A DNA stretch of 63,692 nucleotides, filler included, from Aduncisulcus paluster (lineage: Eukaryota): assembly GCA_024181965.1 (NCBI GenBank). It is 6 parts of 6 records of this genome, joined end to end, with 100 filler letters (N's around TTAATTAATTAA, not from the genome) between each part and the next. Parts side by side here need not be neighbours in the genome. Positions count along the whole stretch, not along the records: positions 44,753 to 51,711 come from BQXS01011300.1; positions 51,812 to 57,946 come from BQXS01011301.1; positions 58,047 to 63,692 come from BQXS01011302.1; 3 more parts are not named here. One strand, 5' to 3'. The first letter of the stretch is position 1. Each line of letters starts with the position of its first letter. A model generated the notes under the pieces. It had not been told where the DNA came from and did no database searches. It saw only the letters and a program-made list of their open reading frames with translations. Of the stretch, positions 47,468-58,666 are shown piece after piece. Both the position numbers and the translations under genes were made by a program.

Positions 47468-50400
47468 TCAAACAATGAACAACTCATCAAGTTTTTTTTG
47501 TAAATATTTGACATCTGTTCCACTCACAACAGGATCTCTCTGTCTGAAAGCGGATTGAGGGAGAAGACTATGCAAAAAAGTAGTCGTGTTTACGACATGA
47601 CTGAGATTCGACTCTCTTTTCTCAGCGCTTTCCAATATTTTATGCATAATTTCGAGCTCACTTTCGATATATGCGTTCTCTTTGCCAGTGGGAAGTCTCC
47701 GTCCCGACATCCATTGCCCATCCTGACTTGACCCATCCCTAAACATGGGATTATCCCTCACAGATGTGGACCCAACTCCACCACACCCACTCACCCCGGT
47801 GACTATGACTTTACCAGAGGCACACCCGGCCACAACGACCTCACTCAGCTCACACACGGCCATTGCTGTCAGGGGAGAAGTTGAAATAGTTGTGGATGAC
47901 ACAGGTGACATACGAGGACACATGGAAAATGAGAAAACAGAGAGATCTCCAGCGGCCGAAGAAGAGAACATCACAGAAGGGTGGATTGGCGAGAATATAG
48001 CCTGTGTTGGCGGTGTGGACATCATGTGTGCAGGGAGCACAGAGAGGGGAGGAGGATTGATTGAGAATGGATGAGGTGGATAGATTGCTGATGAAAACAC
48101 TCCTTGGGGAACGCTCGACTGCAAATCCTCCACATCACGTCGATCGAGGTATTCCGGCGATCTCTGTCGAATAAGATTAACTCTCCAGTCAGATGTCACT
48201 GCATAAACTGTCGGGATAAAGGGATGGACACTGACATCATTTATAGCACCTTGAGAAACATATTGAGTGAAAGTAGGAGTCAACGAGGGGGTGAGAGTAG
48301 CAATCATTCCATCTGAAGTACCAACAAGGAATGAGATCGAAGAGGAAGTACCAATATCAGAGGATGATCCGGCCGCTTCTTCATATGAAGTATCCTGCCA
48401 CCCACCATGGTCATCTCCAATCCATCCAGAACTCCTTCCAACACCCTTGGGTCCACTTGGAGCAGAATCAAGACTATCAGAGGCAGAACTCCTTGAGATA
48501 CTAGACGTGTCTTTTCCACGGACGATAGACATGCATGTAATGGGATGTTTTTCCCTGTAGAAAGGACCCACTCCGTGAATAGGGAAAGATTGGCCTCTTC
48601 TTATATCCGATGGACCTTTGGGTGCAGACACAGAGGGCGATGAAGCAGAAACAAGCCTTCGGATGGGTGTCCCCATCGATGGAGTTTTTGACTGACCCGA
48701 TGATTGTCCAATGCGACCGATATTGTTCCCTATTCCAGAAAGAGACACATCTTGATATCCATATACACACTCATACCACCCACCTCGGCCAAAGCACATA
48801 CTTCCACCACCAATTCCAGAAATATCACTATCAGTAGTTGGGAATAGAGATTGTCCGGCAGTGGTTCCAGTGCCAGAAGATAAATGGGGATTGAAGGGGA
48901 TCGAACCCGTGCCTATCATAGACTTATGATGAGAGTCAGTCGAGGATCGCTGAGGTAAAAGATGATTCATCCTCTTCCCCATCTTCCACTTCACTCCACC
49001 ATTCCATCCTCCAATCCCACCAACGCCTGAAAGTTCGGTCAAATGCGTGCTTCGGACGGGATCTGACAGCTTTCGGACATCCCACAGAGAAACAGTGCCG
49101 TCCAAGGAGGCAGATATGGTTGTAGCAGATGAAACCCAATCAACAGCTGTAACACACATGGAGTGTCCTTTCCCAGCAAGGGATTCAGCCTGAGATTTAT
49201 AGCCTGCTCTTGTATCAAACACACAGATGGTTCCACTACATAGACCTCCACAGAGGAGTGCAGGACTCTGTGTGAATGAGAGGGTAGAAATGGGCGAAGG
49301 AGCAGACAATCCAACCTCTGGAAACGTGTTGTCACACACATCCCAGATGAAAGCACTCGGGTGTGACGAGTAAGTGTGCCGTTGGTTGTATGTAGAGGTG
49401 TGGGTTCCATGAGTAACAGCTATCTTCATGGTATTGGCTATCTCTTTGACTCTAACACTAGATATATGTGAACTGAAGGGTGGGGGAGGCAGGGTAACTG
49501 TAGGGACATACATGCACTTGTCACTCGAGGAGAAGGATGACATATCTCCATCCGTGGAAATGGTATGTGTGGAAGATGGAAGCTTAGGCATCTCGACATT
49601 TGTTCGTGTCTTGATATGACTATCGCTTTTCTTGGCATCTTCAATACGTTGAGCTTCAAGTGTTAACTTTTCCTCCTCGATTTTAAATTGATCACGAAGT
49701 TTAATAGCCTCTTTGATCATTTCTTGTTGCTTATCCCTTTGTGCTTTCAAAGTAAGCTCAGATTGATTGGCAAGGGTCATGATCACTTCAGCCTTGGGAA
49801 GAGGGACAACATAATGTCCTCCAACAACAAGACCTCCAACGCCACTGATAAGAGCAGCATTATCCTCAGTTCCAAGCGATTGGGAACCTGACACGGATTC
49901 CTGTTGCCGAACAAAATCTCCTCGATCATGAATGACTCTAGGAGTGGCAACAGGGGAATGCCGAGCAGAAGATTCTGATTGAGATCTTGCAGTAGACATT
50001 CCCAAATCTACTTCATCCGATCTAATATTACTTGACGATCCAAGAAGATTATCAGATTCACCTTCTCTCATTTTACCCCCAGATTTACCGGTAAAATATT
50101 GTTCTGTAATATCTATAGCAATATTTTGTGTACATAAACATGATATTAATGCCGAAGTCTTCCTAAGTGCAGACAAAAAGCCTTTTTCATGTTCTGTTTT
50201 TTTGCAGAAACGAATTGTAAACTCAGAATGATCAGGATCAATTTCTTTTGGCCATCCTCCTTCTTTATGCCTTATTCCCCGGGAATATCGAGGGATTATT
50301 TCGGTATTAACTTCATGGACACTTTTCTCATTGCAAGCCTGAATTGCTTGACTTCTAGCTTCACATTTAAAAACAAGAGATTCATCTTCTTCTTTAGGTG

Positions 50401-50494
50401 GGATATCAGCGATTAATACGGGTTCAGTATATTGAAATTGGAGGATACGCCCAAAACTTCTTCGCGGACGACTATAGGTATAGCGAATATCCAT
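47468..50494 (-). CDS. DNAI2: axonemal dynein intermediate chain DNAI2/IC2-like WD40 protein with large insertions
   Basis: MDIRYTYSRPRRSFGR, VNTE, HKEGGWPKEIDP, QNIAIDITEQYF; WD repeats (SASLDGTVSLWDVRKL). Confidence 0.8.
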   Translation of the reverse strand: MDIRYTYSRPRRSFGRILQFQYTEPVLIADIPPKEEDESLVFKCEARSQAIQACNEKSVHEVNTEIIPRYSRGIRHKEGGWPKEIDPDHSEFTIRFCKKTEHEKGFLSALRKTSALISCLCTQNIAIDITEQYFTGKSGGKMREGESDNLLGSSSNIRSDEVDLGMSTARSQSESSARHSPVATPRVIHDRGDFVRQQESVSGSQSLGTEDNAALISGVGGLVVGGHYVVPLPKAEVIMTLANQSELTLKAQRDKQQEMIKEAIKLRDQFKIEEEKLTLEAQRIEDAKKSDSHIKTRTNVEMPKLPSSTHTISTDGDMSSFSSSDKCMYVPTVTLPPPPFSSHISSVRVKEIANTMKIAVTHGTHTSTYNQRHTYSSHPSAFIWDVCDNTFPEVGLSAPSPISTLSFTQSPALLCGGLCSGTICVFDTRAGYKSQAESLAGKGHSMCVTAVDWVSSATTISASLDGTVSLWDVRKLSDPVRSTHLTELSGVGGIGGWNGGVKWKMGKRMNHLLPQRSSTDSHHKSMIGTGSIPFNPHLSSGTGTTAGQSLFPTTDSDISGIGGGSMCFGRGGWYECVYGYQDVSLSGIGNNIGRIGQSSGQSKTPSMGTPIRRLVSASSPSVSAPKGPSDIRRGQSFPIHGVGPFYREKHPITCMSIVRGKDTSSISRSSASDSLDSAPSGPKGVGRSSGWIGDDHGGWQDTSYEEAAGSSSDIGTSSSISFLVGTSDGMIATLTPSLTPTFTQYVSQGAINDVSVHPFIPTVYAVTSDWRVNLIRQRSPEYLDRRDVEDLQSSVPQGVFSSAIYPPHPFSINPPPLSVLPAHMMSTPPTQAIFSPIHPSVMFSSSAAGDLSVFSFSMCPRMSPVSSTTISTSPLTAMAVCELSEVVVAGCASGKVIVTGVSGCGGVGSTSVRDNPMFRDGSSQDGQWMSGRRLPTGKENAYIESELEIMHKILESAEKRESNLSHVVNTTTFLHSLLPQSAFRQRDPVVSGTDVKYLQKKLDELFIV

Positions 50495-50741
50495 AGTATA
50501 TTAATTATGCTTTAAAATAATAAATGAATTAAAAATATTATCGAAATAATCTTGGCGACTCTTCGTATTCGCTTCAAAAACGCCTTTTTTTGAGTGGATC
50601 ACTTTAAAGGGAGATAAATAATCAAAAATGTTTATTAGAAGCAATTAAAAGGGTTAATATCACGATAATTCCAGTAAAAATAAAGATGTGCCTCAGGGAC
50701 TGCCTGGCATAGGAATGTTGTTTATATTGTAAGGAATATAA

Positions 50742-51326
50742 TTATTCTTCGACGTGTTTTGAAAATTGCAACATGCTAACAGCATATCCATCGGGGGCCT
50801 CGCTTGACTCCACCCCTAAACGATAGATATATAGAGAGAGCTTACTGTCACTAATATCCATTAAAACGAATGATGGTTTATGCCCTTCACGAGGAGTAGA
50901 TCCTTCAAAGGCCCCAGTGGCAGAACCAGGGTTAATAATAAATCTTCCATCAGACTCGACAACAGCCAATTCATGAGTATTTCCAGTAATCAGGATATCA
51001 CAATCCAATTCTCTCAATTCTCCTGTTAAAGCATCCACATCTCCCCATGGAGCAATTTGATGACCATGTACTAACCCGATTTTCCACATTCCAATTTGGA
51101 CAACTTTTCTTTCAGGAAGAGAAGGAGCTTCATCGAATTCTCCCCTAACAATTTGAGCAGAAGGAGCAATGTTCTTTAAAAAATCATGAGTTTTGGCCCC
51201 ACTCAAGTTTCCAGTGGAAAGAATGTATTGAACTCTTCCAGGAGAAATCAAACTCTTGAATCTGGCTGGTAAATCAGAGGCACGCTGCCCTATGTGTAAA
51301 TCACCAATAACAAGTGCTAAAACCAT
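50742..51326 (-). CDS. VPS29: retromer subunit VPS29
   Basis: LVIGDLHI, TGNL, VRGEFDE, HGHQIAPWGD, INPGSATGA, PSFVLMDI. Confidence 0.95.
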   Translation of the reverse strand: MVLALVIGDLHIGQRASDLPARFKSLISPGRVQYILSTGNLSGAKTHDFLKNIAPSAQIVRGEFDEAPSLPERKVVQIGMWKIGLVHGHQIAPWGDVDALTGELRELDCDILITGNTHELAVVESDGRFIINPGSATGAFEGSTPREGHKPSFVLMDISDSKLSLYIYRLGVESSEAPDGYAVSMLQFSKHVEE

Positions 51327-51530
51327 TGTCAAGTTTTTGTGTCAGGAAAACGAGCACGACAATCCAAGGAAGTCGTATTTTTTGTTTACAAGCGTTTGGA
51401 CCAGCATTAAAACATAAAATTAAACCAAATCATCTATTAAATATAATATTATCCAATTAAAATATTTTTATTTAAGTGATTACAGCTCCACTGAAATCTC
51501 GAAGATTTTGCATCAAAAAAATACAATAGA

Positions 51531-51621
51531 ATGCCAAAATATTTTAAAGCTCTTTTTAAATTCGAAGAATCAGGCGAAGGCAGTGAGCTTGCCGTCAATG
51601 TTGGTGATATTTTGATGGAGT
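51531..51621 (+). CDS. first exon of a probable SH3-domain protein (remainder lost in the spacer)
   Basis: MPKYFKALFKFEESGEGSELAVNVGDILME followed by donor-like GTACGT at 51622. Confidence 0.55.
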
Positions 51622-51811
51622 GTACGTATTTGTCTTAAGTCCTAGTATTATCTAAAATTTTGCTAAATCGATATCATAAGCTTTATTAACATCACTTTGT
51701 TATTTATTCTTNNNNNNNNNNNNNNNNNNNNNNNNNNNNNNNNNNNNNNNNNNNNTTAATTAATTAANNNNNNNNNNNNNNNNNNNNNNNNNNNNNNNNN
51801 NNNNNNNNNNN

Positions 51812-53255
51812 TAACAAAAACTCTCGTTGGAGCATGGAGTTTTTTAATTAAATTTTCAGCTACATGAACAGTCCTTGATGTTAAAGCAGTATAACGTCGC
51901 ATTTCTGCTGGGGGACAATGACGAGCAATGCGACTGAGTTCATCACAGACCAAATCAACACATCTCACAGAGGGACTCTCAAGTCTGGAAATAGCTCGTT
52001 TAGCAAACAACTCAAATGCATGTGGAGGAATGAAAAGAGAAGGCTTCGATCCAGAAGCATTACGTAAAACAGTGAGAATTTCATCCATACTGAGCGCATC
52101 AGTTGATTTAATTCGATCAAGAAGACTATTGTAGACTTCATGAAAAATAAAGCTGATACGAGCTCCACCACGCAACTCTCCTTTCGAAGTTCCAGCTCTT
52201 CCTTCAATCATATTCACAAACATCTGAGCATAATTATTTAATAAACGCAAGACCATTGATTGGCGATCTTCTTGACAATCAGGGATATCGGTACCAAGTT
52301 TGGCAAGTTCTGCCTGGGAATGAGCATACAATTCATCAATCCTGGCTGACAGAGCAGGAAGAGTTCGTTTAATATGTTTCATTAGAACACGAGACAAAGT
52401 ATCTGCTAAATATTTGCTTCCCATTCGTGTAGCAATCATTGAATAAGCAGGATGAGAAGCAAAGAATGCTTCTTCTGAAGCTTGAGCATCCCCAATCGCC
52501 TTCCCAGATTCAATATCAGCCTGTGAACGATTCACAACACCAATCCAACCAAGATCGAGGGGATGAAAACGTCCGCTCAAAACTTCCTTTGCATCTGTTC
52601 CTTTATCCATCAAATCAAGTTTTGTTAAAATTCCAAGAGTTCTCTCCTTTTTGGGGTCAACTTGGGCAGCAATCTGCAAAGCATCCGAAGTAGCAATATC
52701 AGTATTTGCAGCTGTAACAGCAAGAATAAGGGCGTTGGGTTTGGCAATATATTTCAAAATCATCTTTTTTATCATCATCTCAATATCTTTTGGTTGATCT
52801 CCAACGGCAATTTTAGCGATACCAGGAAGATCAACAAGTGTTAGATTCAAAACCCTCGGGGAAAATATTTTCAAACGGATTGGTTCACTCGAAATAGCCT
52901 TATTTGTCCCAGTTAATCTATCAGTCTCCTTGGAGATTTCATCACGAATATCATGAAAATTTGTATATTTGACTCCGGGTTTGTGTAGAAATTCTCCATA
53001 TTCTGCGGGTTTTGTCATTGGATCAGAGGATGAAGAAGTTGTATATAATTGGAGAATGAGAGGGCGTCGAGTAACAATACCACTTCCACGAGGAAGGAAA
53101 TCCCGATGGACAATACTTTCCAACACACTTGATTTCCCTGAAGATTGACTTCCAACAACCACAATTTGTGGAAGATCAATCATGCTGTCAGCTCCAAGAA
53201 CAGAAAAGACATCTTGGAGTTTGTTTATAACAGGAATAAGATTAACAAGTTGCAT
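51812..53255 (-). CDS. dynamin-related protein (Vps1/Drp1 type), 3'-partial
   Basis: LPQIVVVGSQSSGKSS, RGSGIVTRRP, DLPG, TKLD, ELRGGARI. Confidence 0.95.
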
Positions 53256-53577
53256 AATAACCCTTTTCACTAAAGATGATATTCCTTTGTTGGTCAATTC
53301 ATGTATTACCAGTCATTTTGTCAAAACAATATTTGACAAGAATACTAGACAATTCAAATAATCTATATAAAAAATATAATTATAAATAAAGGGAAATAAA
53401 ACTTTATATATTTTGTGGGATTGTTGATACTATCCAAACCCGACTTTCAATTCAAAAATTTTGAATCAAAATAGAAAGTTGATTGGCCTTCAGACACACA
53501 TACTGATATGATACGAGAGCTTTGTGCTTGCTTTTATTTGGAGTACATTTCAAATAATGGCAGATAGGATGAAACTT

Positions 53578-54384
53578 AGTCCCACTGGGACTGTCCCAGT
53601 CGGCGGGTATCTGTCACTACTTGACAATTTTGCCAGAGTTTAGCTTTAAAAAAATAAATTAGAAATAAAATAATAGCGATACCAAAACAACATCCCGCAA
53701 TAATCAACAAGATAGTGCAAATCATAACAAGAATAGACCGCCGGTCAATCGGCGATTAATAATCGCCGCCGTGCGTTTACGTAGAATCGCCTAAAACCTT
53801 AATTTTTTTATTGCAGTGGCCATGCCACTTCAGAAACTATCTACAACCATCGTCTCCTATTTCCTTTTACTCACCGTTCGTGTGCATCTCGTAGGCGTGG
53901 TTTGGTATAGATAGTGGGCAGATTTAAGGTTTTATTTGGTGATTCCCGACCTCATCTATAGTCTCTATAGATCAGCTGCTCATGCTCTTCCCATACCGTT
54001 CTCGAGACTATGAGCCTCTTTAGTACGTCGCCTACACCTATGTGTCCAACTATCTTCCGAACTCCGCTAGGAGAAAAAGTAAAGCTTCAGATCATGCGGA
54101 TCTACGTAAACTCACGGCGATTATCTCCGAAATCTCCACCATAATTGGCCCGATAAATCCCACAATAGGTAGTAATATCATAAATATTTAAAGAAAGGGA
54201 ACTTAATGGAAGATAATCAACCAAAGAACAATTATATTCGTCGTATTTGGAATAGTAGTTCCAGTTGGCAAAGTTAACATCATCGTCACTGACATCATAA
54301 GTATTCGGATACGTGGAGGTATGCTTGGGAGTGATTCCAATATTAAGAGCTTTTGCATATAATGCAGAGAGACATTTAGATGAC
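53578..54384 (-). pseudogene. possible membrane-protein gene relic interrupted by the MITE
   Basis: About 90 open codons (D/Y/N-rich, 54123-54395) end at the MITE; a TM-like ILVMICTILLIIAGCCFGIAIILFLIYFF lies on the other side; the frames do not rejoin cleanly. Confidence 0.35.
53762..54121. mobile_element. MITE-like element, 360 bp, imperfect TIRs, TA flanks
   Basis: Left end ATCGCCGCCGTGCGTTTACGTAGAATCGC; right end reverse complement ATCGCCGTGAGTTTACGTAGATCCGC; TA at 53760-61 and 54122-23; interior related to 14858-14982. Confidence 0.7.
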
Positions 54385-54631
54385 TGAAATATATTTTAGA
54401 ATTCTTAAATAAGTATTTTCCCCCAGGTGTACCACATTTCAAAAAAATTTACTCCAGAGTTCTCAATTACATTCAATGTATTCCAAGTTGGAATTTATAT
54501 AACACAGTTAAAGAAATAAACCTAATAAACATAGTTTCCATTGAGATCCACTGGGAAACATCTCTTCTGATAGCTCAAGACGAAAGATGATGACTGTACT
54601 AAAATGATATTTTAGTAAAATCCACCATAGC

Positions 54632-55078
54632 CCGACCACCTACAAGTAGGCTATCAAGAGCCAGGTGTAAAAATTAGTTCAAGGTCAAGATCAAGGTTAT
54701 AAAGAGCCTCCCAATAAATCTCCCACCTGAAAATGCGTTTTTTAACCTACCGACCACCCACAAGTAGGCTATCGAGCCAAGGCCATCAAGAGCCAGGTAT
54801 AAAAAGAATACCGCGTAAAAATTAGTTCAAGGTCAAGATCAAGGTTATAAAGAGCCTCCCAATAAATCTCCCACCTGAAAATGCGTTTTTTAACCTACCG
54901 ACCACCAACAAGCAGGTCATCAAAAGCCAGGTATAAAAAATACTTCAAGGTAAAGATCAATTTGAAGGTTAATAACCTTAGGTTATAAAGGGTCTCCCAA
55001 TAAATCTCCCGCCTGAAAATGCGTTTTTTAACCGGGGTGTCCATCCGAAACGTCAGGTAGGGGAGATCAATTGGGAGG
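54632..55078. repeat. three degenerate tandem units (118, 148 and about 136 bp) plus a partial inverted copy
   Basis: Units start CCGACCACC at 54632, 54750 and 54898 and share AGGTTATAAAG..CTCCCAATAAATCTCCCrCCTGAAAATGCGTTTTTTAACC; inverted core at 55053-55078. Confidence 0.85.
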
Positions 55079-55522
55079 TCAACTCCAATAATATCAACTT
55101 GAAGTTGACACTCTACACACAGAATTGACAAAGAACTTGCGACAATTGCCCAAGAAAACCCCGTATTTTTTGAGGAAAACTTTGGCAATGCGAAAAAAAA
55201 ACAACAAACACATTCGAATCTGCGTTCGAGTCACAAACAAGAAAAATATTAACGTGATAAATAAAATAGAGATTGCCCATTTGAGATATTGATTTATTTT
55301 CTGTATATTATATCAATTACAGAAAATTTGAAAAGACAAAAAATGACACTGTTGTATATCGTTTATTACTGTAAAATCAGCTATCTAGTCAAGAAAAAAT
55401 ATAAATAAAAACAAAAAATAAAAACAAAATAACGGTTTAGTCCGTAGTAGAATTAGTAGCATCAACTTTCTTCATGCACAGAATTTTTGTTCTCGTTTAC
55501 TGCTTTTTCTTTCGAATTCCCA

Positions 55523-57007
55523 CTAAAGATGATGAAAAATGTCCTCCCAAACTCCTGCAGATGCCTGCTCACCATTAATCTTGATAACTTTCCCCCTATA
55601 GTGATCCAACACTCCATCCATTGTGCTATGGAAGACGTGCAACCTTTCTTTAACGGCCTTTTCCTTATCATCTTCGCGATGAACAAGTCGATCGCGAATA
55701 ACGGGGTCATCTGGAGGAGCACACGGTGGATATGACAGAGAATATATTTCACCTGTGATTGGATCCAATCTACGAGTCACAGTCCGCTCCATAACAGCAG
55801 CATCACTAACATCAATGTAGAAAACTTGGTCAACTTCAATATTAGCCTTGGAAAGTGCATCCGCTTGGATTTCAGTTCTTGGAAATCCATCCAATAACCA
55901 CCCATTCTTTTTACAATCGTCTTCAGCCAATCTATGACGGATTAACTCCACAATGAGATCATCCGGAACATACTCCCCTTTCTCCATATACCTCTTTGCC
56001 TTCTCTCCCAATGCTGTCTTCCGTCTCACATGATCACGAAGGACATCTCCGCTACTGATGTGGACAACCCCAAGAACAGATACAATGTGCTTTGCTTGAG
56101 TGCCTTTGCCACAACCTGGAGCTCCAGCAATAATAATACCTGGTGGTTTGGATGATTTCTGTGATACATCTCTCTTCTTTTCAGGCATTCCTGCAGCAAA
56201 AACATCAGATAATGTCTCGTTAAAGGCATAAAGAGGATCTTCTTCCACAATGGGTGGGGGAGGTTGTTTCAGAATTTTGAGAACAGCATCCCATTTAACA
56301 TCCATATCTTGTGTTCCGTCGATGCGCTTCACGATATATTTATATTCATCAATGACTCCCTTGATCAATCGATAATATTCATGGGTCCTCCGATGGAATG
56401 GCGTAGGATCATCCAATGAACGATGAATAAGACGCGGAGCAATATCTTTCGGTGGCTGATGTGGTTTATATGTCTTAGAATAGACTTTTCCAGTGTCCGA
56501 ATCGAAGAGACGATTTTGTGCACGGTGGCAAAGTTCATCATGGGGAACATCGATAAGAAGCAACTTATCAGCAATAAATCCTGAATGTTTGAGGGCAATA
56601 GCTTGCCGAGAATTTAGAGGAAAACCATCGAGCAACCATCCACGCTGATAACATTCAGGCTTCCTCAATTCATCAAGAACTAAAGGAATAATAATGGAAT
56701 CCGGGACAAAATTCCCCTGGAGTTGAAATGATTTCGCCCGTTTCCCAAGTTCACTTCCTTCTTTTATAGCTTTTTCAAGGAGCGCTGAAGAGGAGATGTA
56801 AACAACATTGTGAAATTTCTCCACTATTAGACGTGAAATAGCCCCTTTTCCACATGCCGAAGGGCCACAAATAATAATCTTGGGTGGATTATCATAAGAT
56901 AAACGCTCTTGAATAAATGAAAGATGATCATCTGGTTTGTGTACCATTAAATCTTGCATTATGCTTGAAAGTAAGGTGAAAACCCCTTTAGATTCTAAAT
57001 AATCCAT
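55523..57007 (-). CDS. adenylate kinase with two AK domains (AK8-like, flagellar type)
   Basis: N-terminal YLESKGVF..KPDD docking-like motif; two P-loops (GPSACGKG, GAPGCGKGT) and two GWLLDGFP motifs. Confidence 0.88.
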   Translation of the reverse strand: MDYLESKGVFTLLSSIMQDLMVHKPDDHLSFIQERLSYDNPPKIIICGPSACGKGAISRLIVEKFHNVVYISSSALLEKAIKEGSELGKRAKSFQLQGNFVPDSIIIPLVLDELRKPECYQRGWLLDGFPLNSRQAIALKHSGFIADKLLLIDVPHDELCHRAQNRLFDSDTGKVYSKTYKPHQPPKDIAPRLIHRSLDDPTPFHRRTHEYYRLIKGVIDEYKYIVKRIDGTQDMDVKWDAVLKILKQPPPPIVEEDPLYAFNETLSDVFAAGMPEKKRDVSQKSSKPPGIIIAGAPGCGKGTQAKHIVSVLGVVHISSGDVLRDHVRRKTALGEKAKRYMEKGEYVPDDLIVELIRHRLAEDDCKKNGWLLDGFPRTEIQADALSKANIEVDQVFYIDVSDAAVMERTVTRRLDPITGEIYSLSYPPCAPPDDPVIRDRLVHREDDKEKAVKERLHVFHSTMDGVLDHYRGKVIKINGEQASAGVWEDIFHHL

Positions 57008-57524
57008 AATGAATATGAAAAAAATAAAAAACTAAAATCAAATTTAAATGTGTAGGTATCAAAACCAGTTCAAGATAGTTCATGGCTAATTGGACAAGAT
57101 TTACATGAGTACTGAGAATAAAATTTATTAAAAACTACATAGACAAGTCCTACACCATATTTTTTTAAATAGTATTCATGATAGAGAAGGTTGTGGACTG
57201 ACTTTTCCAACGACAGCAAAACAAATCAATTTTCATGAATATAGAATTATGAAAGAGATTAATTACTCAATATACGATCATTCCATGTCCTTAGATTTTT
57301 TCGGATTCATTCGAATGACACCCAAATCACCAATGTGTTGTTGTGTGAAAAATCCAAACCCAACACAAAGTGAAACGGAGAACAGAGAACACTTAAAAAG
57401 TAGCATAATATTTATTGTTTAACTATCATTCGTACAAAATAGACAAACAGGATTATTGTCCAACACCATTAACAGGGGTAATGACAAAATTGTCATTTGT
57501 TATCATCAGTATTATCATTAAAAA

Positions 57525-57845
57525 TTATTTAAGGGAAGCAATCATAGCCTGGATCTTCTCAGCGCTGGCTCCACTGAAACGTTGAGCCTCAGCACCGTGG
57601 GAGAAGGCGATGAAAGTGGGCATAGCTGTGATCTTAAGGTAACCAGTGAGGGAAGGGTTAGCATCAACATCAATCTGGATGAACTTAACGGCAGCGTTGG
57701 CGGGGTCTTCAGCCATAGCGTGGTATCTGGGAGAGATGAACTTGCAAGGACCACACCATTCGGCGAAGCAGTCGATAATAACTTTAGGGTTCTTAGAAAC
57801 GAAGTCCTTGAATTCGGGGAGAGTTTTGATGGTAGTAACGGTCAT
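57525..57845 (-). CDS. trx: thioredoxin
   Basis: WCGPC, IDVD, AMPTF; 106 aa. Confidence 0.96.
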   Translation of the reverse strand: MTVTTIKTLPEFKDFVSKNPKVIIDCFAEWCGPCKFISPRYHAMAEDPANAAVKFIQIDVDANPSLTGYLKITAMPTFIAFSHGAEAQRFSGASAEKIQAMIASLK

Positions 57846-58046
57846 TATTATTTAGGATACGGCGATGTTCAGAAAAAAAAAGATATGTCATTGTTTTGTC
57901 GCGATGTCTATTTTGGGTTCAGATGAACATGAACAACAGTCCACAANNNNNNNNNNNNNNNNNNNNNNNNNNNNNNNNNNNNNNNNNNNNTTAATTAATT
58001 AANNNNNNNNNNNNNNNNNNNNNNNNNNNNNNNNNNNNNNNNNNNN

Positions 58047-58648
58047 CATCAATGTGTCGCATATCACACTCCATCTCAAGCCCTTCATCCTCATCGTCAT
58101 CTTCGTCGATTATGATCACCTGAGAGCCGAACTCAGACGTCAGGTGGGACTGCTTGCTGACAGACATCGGCGTGGAGTAAGACGTTGACGAAGAGGTTGT
58201 CCTTGGCACAAACGCATCATCATCAAACTCGGACGAGCACATCGGTGTGGACTGTTCGCTGGAGGAGAGTGGGAACTGGCGTGACACATCGGGCATCGAC
58301 ACAGTGCGATCCATGCGGTCAATGTCAAGGAAGGAGGACACATGGGGAGCCTTGTCAACACCAGGGATGAAGAACCCTTTCGGACGTGGATATTTGGTCT
58401 CATCGTGCTTGCGGAACCTCCTCGAGTCAAATGGATTCGAGGAGATCTTTGGTTTCAATTCTTCGATGGCACTCTCGGGGATCACATACCGGAAGTCACG
58501 TTCCATCCCTTTGAAGAAACCATGGTACTGGATCTCTTCGCCACCGTGCATAGATCCAAGACGCTTGTGTGGATCCTTCTCGAGTAACCGTTTGATAAGA
58601 TCCTTGGCCTCGACAGACACACTTGGATGCTTGGGAAATTTGATAACA
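58047..58648 (-). pseudogene. orphan C-terminal part of an AGC-family protein kinase
   Basis: IKFPKHPSVSVEAKDLIKRLLEKDPHKRLGSMHGGEEIQYHGFFKG (subdomain XI and tail); no upstream kinase subdomains seen. Confidence 0.6.
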
Positions 58649-58666
58649 TAATTAAATTCAATGAGC

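Noticed and set aside
48896..48915. tRNA T-loop-like GGTTCGATCCCC on the minus strand
   Set aside because: Inside the DNAI2 CDS with no cloverleaf
53762..54121. MITE acting as an intron (introner), given GTGAGT inside the right TIR on the minus strand
   Set aside because: No AG at the far end; the nearest acceptor gives an immediate stop
54559..54589. Hammerhead-like CTGATAG...GAAA with CATC/GATG stem
   Set aside because: Core is not CUGANGA, stem I is absent and stem II is poor
54632..55033. CRISPR-like array
   Set aside because: Only three long units, the variable parts are homologous to one another, there are no cas genes, and the context is eukaryotic
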